In this document: positions 30,021 to 39,128 of the stretch, piece by piece | How the letters are laid out: the number at the start of each line of letters is the position of its first letter | How positions within the stretch are numbered: the stretch's first letter is position 1 | Assembly: GCA_965204535.1 (NCBI GenBank) | Contig: CBDBEV010000001.1 | Span: 2,272,001 to 2,336,000 of the forward strand | Source: a bacterium | Lineage (GTDB): Bacteria; UBA8248 | DNA: 64,000 nt | Direction: 5' to 3' | Program-made: the position numbers and the translations under genes | Notes under the pieces: model-generated | The model's input: only the letters and a program-made list of their open reading frames with translations | Databases searched by the model: none | Told to the model about the DNA's origin: nothing

Positions 30021-32333
30021 CTACAGCGGCCCGAAATCGGGCGGGGGGACCCGGCGCTTCGAGGCCGCCTCGTAGGTCGAGGCGATCCGCAGCAGGACGT
30101 CCTCCCGGCCGGGTTCGGCGCGGAAGACGAGGGAAAACGGCAGGCCGGGCTCGGGGATGGTGGTGGCCTGATCGTTGTGGGCGGAGACGAACCGCGTCCC
30201 GTCCTCGCTGAGCTCGAATACCGGGTCGTAGGTCGTGCGCACGTAGCCCGCGGGCACGAGCATCTCGGTGAGCCCTGCGTTCGGGCCGCTCTGCGATTCG
30301 GGTCTTGAGTTCAGCAGGAGGCCGGGCTGGACCGCCCCGCCGATGATGGCCGGCGGGAACGGCGTGTGCAGCCTGACCAGGGCGTCCAGGTCGTTCTCCA
30401 GGATCACCATCATGTCCACGCGGCGCAAAAGCTCGCGCAGCATGATGCGCTCGTTCACCCCCTGCCGGCTCCCGTGGGGGTTGCGCGGGTCCGAGACTTC
30501 CTCCCAGTTCCTGAAGGCGGCGCGGTGGTCGTCCCCCCAGAATTTGGAGCGCGCGTTGAGCTCGGGAAAGCCCGTGATGGTCTCGCTGAAGCCGCGCGCC
30601 TCCCAGTCCTCCGCCCGGCGCGAGAGGTACTGGTGGATATGGTAGCGGAACGTCATGGCGAGTTCCTGCTGCTGCACGGTGGCGAGGTCGAGGTTCACGG
30701 GCTGCTCGATTCGGCCCTCGCCCATGGCGAGCATGTAGTCGATGGGCTGCATGGTTCCGGAGCCTAAGACGACGCCCGGCGCGAACTCGGTGGGGACGAT
30801 GGCTTCTGCGAACTCGGTGAAGAGCGGCCCGCCCTCGGGCGTGAGCCGGAACATGATGTCGGGCATGAAGACGGGGATGAGCCTGGCGAGCGCGCGGCGG
30901 AAATCCGTCTTCATGGTCTCGATCTCCGGATCCCCCGCCCAGAGCGGGTCGGTGGATTCCAGGAGCTTCGCGCCGAGCTTCCGGCCGAGGACTTCCTTTA
31001 TCTCCCGGCCCGCCGCGATGACGATGGGCTCTTCGGATTTCGAACCCCTCGGATAGACCATCGACTCGCGGATGACGCCGATACGCACGCCCTCCAGCGC
31101 GCCCGCCTCCCCGCTCGTTCTCACGTGCGACGCGTAGGGCGTATCCAGGACGGAGGAGCGCGGCACCGTCGTGAACGGGTCGCGCGGGTCGTAGTAGCCG
31201 TTCACCGGGTCCTTGAGGGCGTCGAGCACCCTGGCGCAATCGGCGAGTGATTTCGTGATGACGCCGCTCCTGTCGCAGTAGATGTCCGCCCCGATGGCGC
31301 CGCCGTCGAAGCCGAGCATCGCCTTGTGCGGCAGGATGAGCGCGACGGCGTTGTGGTTCGACGGCCCCCGGCAGGAGGCCCGCGTCTCCTCGCCCAGGCT
31401 CGCCATCACCATGTTGGTGCTCACCGAGAGGGCGGAGCCCGAACTCGACCCCAGAGAAGCCGCCCGCGTGGTGTCGTAGGGGTTCGAGGGGTTCCCGCCC
31501 CAGGTGCTGCGCTGGTAGCCCAGGACGGAGGGCAGCACCTTATCGGGCGCGTGCCGCCCGCCCGGATCGCCCGCGCGCCCGTTGTATTCGGTGCTGACGG
31601 CCTTGGCGAAGATGACGGCGCCCTTGTTCCTGAGCTGTTCGACGAGGATGTGGTCGCGCGCGGGGAAATCGATGTCGTAAGCCGCGTCGCCACCGCCCGT
31701 GGAGCGCATGTCCTTCGTGTCGAAGGGGTCCTTGAAGGAGAAGGTGACGCCGTACATCGGCATTTTCCCAAAATCGGGGTCGGCGCCGTACTCGGCGTCG
31801 AGCTCCGCCGCGCGCTCCAAGGCGTCGGGGTAGTGGCGGAAGACCTCGCACATGGGCGGCGCGCCGGGCGGCAGGGGGCCTTCCGCCGGATGCCGGTCGA
31901 AATCGCCCTTGCAGGTGACGGAGCGCTCGCCGCGGATGTTCAGGGTGGCGAGGGCGTTCACCTGGCCCGCGTTCGGGACCCCGACGATCATGCCGTATTG
32001 CTGCTCGACCTCGGGGTCGGAAGCCGTATCCTCCATGCGGCCGAACTCGAGCGGCTTTCCAACGTATTTATCCAGATCGGGCAGGTAGTCGGCCGCCTTC
32101 ACCGTATCGGTCGGGAAGCGCAGCGGCGCGCCGCCGCGCACGACGCCCCTGGCTTCGGGGACGGGCGCGCCGTCTTCGGTGACGAGCATGCTGGCGACGC
32201 CGTTGTACGCGCGGACGCGCGCGAGGTACCCCTCGACGACTTCTACGCACGTCGTGCGGCCGGCGCGAATCGCCGCGTGCAGATCCTCGATGGACGCTTC
32301 CTCCAGGCGAAACGCCCCGCTCTTATCCTCCAT
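30021..32333 (-). CDS. Amidase-signature family protein, long (~770 aa)
   Basis: FSFKDPFD (Lys), NPYD...LGSSSGS and EETRASCRGP (Ser) motifs. Start moved to ATG 32333 because the ORF-track extension runs through repeats. Confidence 0.85.
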   Translation of the reverse strand: MEDKSGAFRLEEASIEDLHAAIRAGRTTCVEVVEGYLARVRAYNGVASMLVTEDGAPVPEARGVVRGGAPLRFPTDTVKAADYLPDLDKYVGKPLEFGRMEDTASDPEVEQQYGMIVGVPNAGQVNALATLNIRGERSVTCKGDFDRHPAEGPLPPGAPPMCEVFRHYPDALERAAELDAEYGADPDFGKMPMYGVTFSFKDPFDTKDMRSTGGGDAAYDIDFPARDHILVEQLRNKGAVIFAKAVSTEYNGRAGDPGGRHAPDKVLPSVLGYQRSTWGGNPSNPYDTTRAASLGSSSGSALSVSTNMVMASLGEETRASCRGPSNHNAVALILPHKAMLGFDGGAIGADIYCDRSGVITKSLADCARVLDALKDPVNGYYDPRDPFTTVPRSSVLDTPYASHVRTSGEAGALEGVRIGVIRESMVYPRGSKSEEPIVIAAGREIKEVLGRKLGAKLLESTDPLWAGDPEIETMKTDFRRALARLIPVFMPDIMFRLTPEGGPLFTEFAEAIVPTEFAPGVVLGSGTMQPIDYMLAMGEGRIEQPVNLDLATVQQQELAMTFRYHIHQYLSRRAEDWEARGFSETITGFPELNARSKFWGDDHRAAFRNWEEVSDPRNPHGSRQGVNERIMLRELLRRVDMMVILENDLDALVRLHTPFPPAIIGGAVQPGLLLNSRPESQSGPNAGLTEMLVPAGYVRTTYDPVFELSEDGTRFVSAHNDQATTIPEPGLPFSLVFRAEPGREDVLLRIASTYEAASKRRVPPPDFGPL

Positions 32334-32520
32334 GACGCATCCTTTCGTGTTGTGCCGCGTTCCCGCCCCATGTCGGCGGGGGGAGCGATCTCCGGTCTCA
32401 ATCGATTCGGGAATACTATGGGCGGCGCCCGGTTTTGGCAACGGCGGGCGGGGAAGATGCCGGCCGAATCCGGGCGGGGAGACGGATACCCTGCCTCCCC
32501 GATTGCCCGCTCTCGCCTGG

Positions 32521-33163
32521 AAAGGACAGCCCCTCCTCGGGGCTGTCCTGCCCCCCCTACCCCCCCTTGTCAGGGGGGTATAAAAAGGCGATGCGTTCCC
32601 GCCGGGCTGAGAGGGCTTTGCTTTTTCTTGCCCCCCTGACAAGGGGGGGTAGGGGGGGTTGGTTTTCCCGTAGGGGTCAGACATATATGTCTGACCCTGT
32701 GGCGCCCTGTCCCCCGTGGCCGCCCGTATCGAAGATTTCTATTCCCGTGGTTGTCCTTCTGCAGGACAGGCACGGGGGCCTGTCCCTACGGTGAACAATT
32801 CGGTGATCGGGATTCCCTCCCTCCTCGGGCTTTTTCAACAACCCTTTGTCAGGGGGGTCTTCTTTCTATTCCCCCCTGTCGGGGGGACTTTTTTCTTTTA
32901 CCCCCTTTGTCGGGGCATTGCTTTTTTTACCCCCCTGACAAGGGGGGGTAGGGGGGGTTGGTTTCAAACCGGGGGCAGGGCGGACACATCGGCCCGCCCC
33001 TGCGGATTCGTTACGTTCGGTTTTGTAGGGGCCGTTCGCGAACGGCCCTTGCCGGAGAAACGGGCGCTTCACGAAGCGCCCCTACGACACCCTTCCGGAG
33101 AGATCGCAACACCCGTCATTCCGGCTACCGACCCCGTAGGGACAGGTCGCGACCTGTCCCTAC
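32521..33163. repeat. Large repeat mosaic between the amidase and autotransporter genes
   Basis: REPIN-like hairpin ~32551-32658; GTAG-REPs at ~32670, 32764, 33025, 33062 and 33136; TTTTTCAACAACCC end at ~32831. Confidence 0.8.
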
Positions 33164-33330
33164 AGGATCGGCGGACAGGCGCCGGGGCCTGCTCCCGCGC
33201 TCCCGGCCCGGATGCGCCCCGCCTCATCGCCTCCCTTCCGCGCCTCCCGGGAGTGGCGGCAGGGAAAACGTGAAAATACACGAAAAAGGCACGAAACCCC
33301 AAAAAAAGGATATAAAATTACGGTCGGCCA

Positions 33331-33350
33331 TGATATAATTGATCGATCAA
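33331..33350 (+). promoter_or_regulatory. Extended -10 promoter with adjacent palindromic operator
   Basis: TGATATAAT (TGnTATAAT) overlapping the perfect palindrome TTGATCGATCAA, upstream of the autotransporter gene. Confidence 0.5.
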
Positions 33351-33437
33351 ATAATAAATAGATGTTCCACCTGAAGGAGAGGCGGACGGCTCCATCACGG
33401 GAAGCCGAAATACCGAAAAGGAAGGAGAACCAGGAAA

Positions 33438-36400
33438 ATGAGACATCGCTCGAGGGGAACCCGCCGGGGCTTGCAGGCGGAGGCGGCTACGGTCCGTCAT
33501 CCGTCATCCGAAGAAGAGGCCGGCATGAGCCCCGGACGGCTGCCCGGGCGCCGCAAGCCGGCTTCCCGAACCCCGGCGGAGCCCGTCCCGGGTTTATCGA
33601 GGGGCTCCCTCCCGCCTGACCCGGCCTCCGCCCCCCGCGGGCGCGCCGGCAAGCTCCTTTCCCCTTCATCCGGATCGTCCGGCGGCCATGGCGCCGTTCC
33701 GGCGGGCTCGCGCCGGGCCGCGTCCCCGTGGCGCCGCCTCGCCCTCCTTCCCGTCCTCGCGCTGCTGGCGGGCGCGTTTCTTCTGCTCGACATCGCGCCC
33801 GCAGCGGCTCAGACGCCCGTCTGGTCGGCCACGCTGACCGTGCATGGCCAGCACACGTCCGGAGTTGGCTGCGACAATGAGAATAATGCTGCACGGTGCA
33901 GATCAGTACTGTCGAGCGCCAGTTTCACACACGATAGCACGCAGCGCCACATTTACTATCTGTTCCTCAATGGTGGCGGACTCAGGATCATGTTTTCATC
34001 CGGTATTGGCTTTTTCCCTGTGGATGTGGGGACCTCGCTGGACGCTTACCAGCTCTGTGTCGGCTCGAACGGGAATTCGAAGGCACTGTCGTTTTCGTCG
34101 GCGACGCATGGTGGGACTAGTAACGGCGAACGCAGTTGGTCCAACACTGGCCTTTCCTGGTCCGTCGGCGACACGGTCCCGCTCAGCATCCAGTCTTCCT
34201 GCCCCACGACCCCCACCGTCTCGCTCTCGGCCACCCCGAACCCGGTGACGGAGGGCTCGCCGGTGACGGTGACGGCGACGCTGTCGTCGGCGGCGACGAG
34301 CACCGTGACGATCCCGCTGACGGTGACGGCGGGCACCGCCGAGACCGGCGACTACATGGCGCCGACGTCCATCACCATCGCCGGCGGCTCGACCACCGGC
34401 ACGGGCACCATCACGACGGCGCAGGACGCGGACTTCAACGACGAGACCTTCACGGTGGCGCTGGGCACGTTGCCCTCGGGGTACTCGGCGGGCAGCACGA
34501 GCTCGGTAACGGTGACCATCCGCGACGACGAGGCGCCGCCGAAGCCACTGACCCTGAGGGCGAGCGGCGCGCCGCGCGAGGGCGGCGGCCCGGTCACGGT
34601 GACGGCCACGCTGGACAAGACTTTTAGTCGCGAGGTGCAGGTGGTCGTCAACCTCGGCGGCACGGCGTCCTGGTTGGATAGCAGCCACGGGACGAGGTCC
34701 GGGACGGACTACTGGACACCGGTACCGGCCGGTAGAAGATATAACGTTTACAGGACGCCGGGCGGCAGGGCAGCCTGGTTCACCGCGACGCCGAGCGCTC
34801 GGTTCACCCAGGCCGCGGCGCTGCTGACCATCCCCGCGGGCAGCAGGAGCGTCATCTTCGAAATCCACGTCCTCGACGACGCGCACGAGGATTCGGGCGA
34901 GACGATCGAGATCGAGGTCCAGGCGTACGAGAACATCCCCTTCACCGCCTCGCAAAGGCCGGAGGGCTGGACGGGGCCGTGCCCCAACGAGGCGTGCAGG
35001 GCGGCGTCCTGGATGAAGTATCTGACGGGCGCTTCCGACACGCTCACCCTGACGATCGCGAACCACGAGGACGCGGAGACGGAGGCGGCGCGGCTGGCGG
35101 CGGAGGAAGCGGCGAAGGCGGAGAAGCAGCGGCTGGCGGCGGCGCGCGCGGCGGCGGGCGGGCCGCTGAGCGGTCTTGCGCTCATGGCCGGCTCGCAGGC
35201 GGTGGCGCTGGTCCCGGCCTTCTCGCCGGGGGTGACGTACTACCGGGCGGAGGTCCCGGCGGGGACGGCGGGCGTGTCGCTGGCGCCGTCGTGGGGCGCG
35301 GAGGCCGAGCTGGGCGGTCCGCCGAGCCTGTGGGCGAGTTCGCGCGGGCCGGAGTCCCTGCTTCTGGCGCAGAAGCGGGTCCATTCCTCCGGCGGCGCGG
35401 CGGCGCTGGCGCTGGCGCCGAACGGCCCGACCAGGCTGGAACTGACGGTGATCGAGCCGGACGGTTCGGGGAAGCCATGGCAGGGGACGGCCACGACGTA
35501 TCGCGTCGAGGTGGTCGGGGCGGCGGTGCAGACGCCCGAGGAGCGGACCCCGCCGGAAGAGGAGAAGCCCCAGACCGTAACGGTGGCGTTCGGCAGCGTC
35601 CCGCCGGAGCATGACGGGCGGACGCCGTTCGCGCTGGAGGTGCAGTCGGGTTCGAAGCCCGCTCCGGAGGCGTTCAGGGTGACGGCCGGGAAGGTAACGG
35701 GCGTGGAGTCGCTGAACCCGGCGCTGTGGCGTGTCCGGGTCGCGCCGAAATCCTGGAAGGACGTGACGGTGGCGCTCGGCGGGGCGTCGGCGACGGTCCG
35801 GGGCCCGGCGCGGGTCCGGGTCGCGGACGCGCGGGCGAAGGAGGGCAGGGACGCCTCGCTCGATTTCGCGGTGACGCTGAGCCGCGCGGCGGCGCATGCG
35901 GTGTCGGTGGACTACGCGACGGCGGACGGCGCGGCGAAGGCGGGGGCGGACTACACGGCCGCGTCCGGCACGCTCGTCTTCGCGCCGGGCGAGACGGCGA
36001 AGACGGTGAGCGTGGCGATCCTCGACGACGCGGTGGACGAGGGCAAGGAGACGTTCACGCTCAGGCTCTCGAACCCGCGGGGGGCGTTCCTGCGCGCGAT
36101 GCACCGCGAGGCGAAGGGTGTGATCCGGAACTCGGACCCGATGCCGGTGGCGTGGCTCGCGCGCTTCGGGCGCACGGCGGCGGAGAACGTGGTGGAAGCG
36201 GTGGGCGCGCGCATCGAGGGGGGCGCCGGGGCGGCGAGGATGGTGCTGGGCGGGCAGGAACTGGGCCTGGACGGCTCCGCCGGTCGCGAGGCGCTCCTCG
36301 CGCGCCTGGCGGAACGCTACCGGCGCGAGGCCGGCGCCCGGCTCGAGCGCGGGGAATACGCGCCGCCCCCGGTGCGCGAGGTCTCGATGAGCGAACTCCT

Positions 36401-37541
36401 GCTCGCGAGCTCGTTTCATATGGCCTCGGCGGGTGACGCGGACGCCTCCCCGGGGCGCTGGTCGGTGTGGGGCCGCGGGGCGCGCTCCTCGTTCAGCGGC
36501 AAGGAGGGCGTCCTCACGCTCGAGGGCGACGTGACGACGGCGGCGCTGGGCGCGGACTACGAGCGCGCGCGTTGGCTGGTGGGCGTGGCGCTCGCGCGGA
36601 GTTCGGGCGACGGTTCCTACAGGGCGGACGGCGCGGGCGGTGCGGGCGGGGTGGAGAGCACCCTCACGGGCGTCTACCCCTACGCGCGCTACCGGGTGAG
36701 CGGGTCGTTCTCGCTCTGGGGCGTGGTGGGCCTGGGCTCGGGCGAGATGACGCTCACGCCCGGGGGCGCGCCGCCGGTGGACGCCGACGTCGATATGGGA
36801 ATGGCGGCGGGGGGCGCGCGCGGCGTCCTCCTGCCCGCGCGGGCGCCGGGCGGGTTCGAGCTCGCCCTTCGCGCGGACGTCCTCGTGACGGACACGCGCT
36901 CGGACGCCGCGGCGGATCTCGCGGAGACCGAAGCGGGGACGAGCCGGGTGCGGCTCGCCCTCGAGGGTTCGCGCTCGCTCCGGTTGGGCGATGCGGTGCT
37001 GACGCCCTCGGTGGAGATAGGGTTCCGGAACGATTCGGGCGACGCGGAAACAGGCGGAGGCGTCGAGGCGGGCGGCGGCCTGCGCTGGTCCTCGGGCGCC
37101 CTGACGGCGGAGGTGAGAGCGCGCGGCCTCATCGCCCACGGTGAGGGCGGTTATGAGGAATGGGGCGTGAGCGCCTCGGTGGGGTACGCGCCGGGCGCCG
37201 ACGGGCGCGGTCTCTCGCTCCGGGCGGGTTCCTCGTGGGGCGCGGCCGCGGGCGGCGCCGAGCGGCTCTGGTCGCAGGCGGCGGGCCTCTCGCCGGGCGG
37301 TGCGTTCGAGCCGGGCGCCGCGGGCTTCGACGCCGAGGCGGGCTGGGGCCTCGACGCCTGGGGCGGACTCCTGACGCCCTACACCGGCTTCACCCTCACC
37401 GGGAGCGGGGAGACGTACCGCGCGGGCGGGCGCTTCCGGCTCGCCGAATCCCTCACCATGAGCCTCGAGGGCGACCTGCGCGAGAGGGACGGGGGCGCTT
37501 CCGTCCACGGCGTGGCGCTCAAGGGCTCGATGCGGTGGTAG
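33438..37541 (+). CDS. Autotransporter-like surface protein with Calx-beta/cadherin-like domains
   Basis: Signal-like hydrophobic stretch ending PAAA/QT; Calx-beta motifs (VDYATADG...DY...GTLVFAPGET...ILDD, DETFTV); WLARFGRT linker; C-terminal beta-barrel ending in Trp. Start codon uncertain. Confidence 0.8.
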   Translation: MRHRSRGTRRGLQAEAATVRHPSSEEEAGMSPGRLPGRRKPASRTPAEPVPGLSRGSLPPDPASAPRGRAGKLLSPSSGSSGGHGAVPAGSRRAASPWRRLALLPVLALLAGAFLLLDIAPAAAQTPVWSATLTVHGQHTSGVGCDNENNAARCRSVLSSASFTHDSTQRHIYYLFLNGGGLRIMFSSGIGFFPVDVGTSLDAYQLCVGSNGNSKALSFSSATHGGTSNGERSWSNTGLSWSVGDTVPLSIQSSCPTTPTVSLSATPNPVTEGSPVTVTATLSSAATSTVTIPLTVTAGTAETGDYMAPTSITIAGGSTTGTGTITTAQDADFNDETFTVALGTLPSGYSAGSTSSVTVTIRDDEAPPKPLTLRASGAPREGGGPVTVTATLDKTFSREVQVVVNLGGTASWLDSSHGTRSGTDYWTPVPAGRRYNVYRTPGGRAAWFTATPSARFTQAAALLTIPAGSRSVIFEIHVLDDAHEDSGETIEIEVQAYENIPFTASQRPEGWTGPCPNEACRAASWMKYLTGASDTLTLTIANHEDAETEAARLAAEEAAKAEKQRLAAARAAAGGPLSGLALMAGSQAVALVPAFSPGVTYYRAEVPAGTAGVSLAPSWGAEAELGGPPSLWASSRGPESLLLAQKRVHSSGGAAALALAPNGPTRLELTVIEPDGSGKPWQGTATTYRVEVVGAAVQTPEERTPPEEEKPQTVTVAFGSVPPEHDGRTPFALEVQSGSKPAPEAFRVTAGKVTGVESLNPALWRVRVAPKSWKDVTVALGGASATVRGPARVRVADARAKEGRDASLDFAVTLSRAAAHAVSVDYATADGAAKAGADYTAASGTLVFAPGETAKTVSVAILDDAVDEGKETFTLRLSNPRGAFLRAMHREAKGVIRNSDPMPVAWLARFGRTAAENVVEAVGARIEGGAGAARMVLGGQELGLDGSAGREALLARLAERYRREAGARLERGEYAPPPVREVSMSELLLASSFHMASAGDADASPGRWSVWGRGARSSFSGKEGVLTLEGDVTTAALGADYERARWLVGVALARSSGDGSYRADGAGGAGGVESTLTGVYPYARYRVSGSFSLWGVVGLGSGEMTLTPGGAPPVDADVDMGMAAGGARGVLLPARAPGGFELALRADVLVTDTRSDAAADLAETEAGTSRVRLALEGSRSLRLGDAVLTPSVEIGFRNDSGDAETGGGVEAGGGLRWSSGALTAEVRARGLIAHGEGGYEEWGVSASVGYAPGADGRGLSLRAGSSWGAAAGGAERLWSQAAGLSPGGAFEPGAAGFDAEAGWGLDAWGGLLTPYTGFTLTGSGETYRAGGRFRLAESLTMSLEGDLRERDGGASVHGVALKGSMRW

Positions 37542-37560
37542 GGGCGGACCCGGGGAGGGC

Positions 37561-38600
37561 ATCGAATTGTTCACCGTAGGGACAGGCCCCCGTGCCTGTC
37601 CTGATGTGGGGCGGCCACAGGGTCAGACATATATGTCTGACCCCTACGGGAGCCTTGTCGTTCGGGAATCACTCCCCCCTTGTCAGGTATAAAGGACAGC
37701 CCCTCCTCGGGGCTGTCCTGCCCCCCCTACCCCCCTTGTCAGGGGGGCAAGAAAGACCCCTCCCCCGACAAAAAAGGATCAACTCCCCCCTTGAGGGTTT
37801 TGCCAATCAACGAGAGAAGGGATCAACTCCCCCCTTGAGGGGGAGTCAGCAAGACGAGGGCGTTAGCCCGAAGTCGCGCTGGTGGGGGGAGCTTTTATCC
37901 GTGGCATGTCCCCCCACCGGTTCGGTTTCGGGCAAAACCCCCCTCACCTCACCGTCTGGCTTTCCCCTCGGGAAGCCAGACCCTCAAGGGGGGAGTTGAT
38001 TGCATATCTCGCGCGTGAAGGGATGACCCTCAAGGGGGGAATTGCTCCTTTTTTGGGGTCTTGCTTTTTCATACCCCCCCTTGACAGCGAACAAAGGCAA
38101 CCCCCCCTACCCCCCCTTGTCAGGGGGGCAAGAAAGACCCCTCCCCCGACAAAAAAGGATCAACTCCCCCCTTGAGGGTTTTGCCAATCAACGAGAGAAG
38201 GGATCAACTCCCCCCTTGAGGGGGAGTCGGCAAGACGAGGGCGAAGCCCGAAGTCGCGCCGGTGGGGGGAGCTTTTATCCGTGGCATGTCCCCCCACCGA
38301 ATCGGCCTTCGCAAAAAACGCTCGACCTCTTCGTCTGGCTTTCCCCTCGGGAAGCCAGACCCTCAAGGGGGGAGTTGAAAAGGCCCCTGCGCACCCCTCG
38401 AACGGCGACTGTAGGGGTCAGACATATATGTCTGACCCCGTGGCCGCCCGTCGGTCGTATTCACCCAGATACAGCAAGGGCGCGAGGGCCACGGACAGGC
38501 ACGGGGGCCTGTCCCTACGGTGAACAATTCGATGATCGGGATTCCTTCCCCACCGGAGGGTTTTTCAACAGACCCCTCAAGGGGGGGGGCAGGGGGGTTG
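37561..38600. repeat. About 1-kb repeat mosaic bounded by 41-bp perfect inverted repeats, with an internal ~280-bp duplication
   Basis: 37561-37601 is the exact reverse complement of 38493-38533. 37721-37999 is repeated at 38101-38378. Confidence 0.85.
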
Positions 38601-39128
38601 GTTTTCGAGCCGGGGCGCATTTGCCCGCATTTGCCGTCATCCCCAAAACCGCAGACTGCGCTATCGTGCGCGCAACGCGGGGAAGGGGTTTTTCCCCGGC
38701 GGATTGAGGCGCAGGCAGAGGAGGCTTTCTCATGGGATGGGGTGATGGAGCGGGGAAGCGTAACGGGAATGGGTTCAGGGACGGCATGAAAATAAAAATA
38801 ATGATATTTCCTAAAAAATGCGATAAATTCACGGGGTTTTCCTGTAAATTTCTGAAAATTACCGGCCATGCAAGTGGTTGTAATAAAAAGAGTTGCCATA
38901 GAAACCTGAGTGTTCCGCACTCAGATATGGCGGCAAAAAAAGTTTTTCGCCGACCCCCGCATTTGCCCGCAACGGCCCGCATTTCCTCCCGCACCGCATC
39001 ACGCCGGCAAAGCCTCATTCATCAATCGGCTTTGACCCCCGCAATTGCCCGCATTCGCGCACTCGCCCGGGGCGTCCGCCCGGCACGGCGCAAGATATTG
39101 ATGATACGGGCGTTCCGGTAGCGGGCAG

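Noticed and set aside
32521-33163. Repeat clusters as a CRISPR array
   Set aside because: Units are palindromes of several types in both orientations, with no constant repeat-spacer period and no cas genes.
33339-33350. FNR box
   Set aside because: Spacing is TTGAT-N2-ATCAA rather than N4; kept only as a generic palindrome.
33360-33437. Riboswitch in the autotransporter leader
   Set aside because: Small hairpins are present, but I could not match any known aptamer consensus.
37592-39121. ORFs of 60-220 aa in the repeat regions (also 29525-30075 and 32435-33338)
   Set aside because: They are translations of the palindromic repeats (PPYPPLSGG etc.) with no RBS or family motifs.
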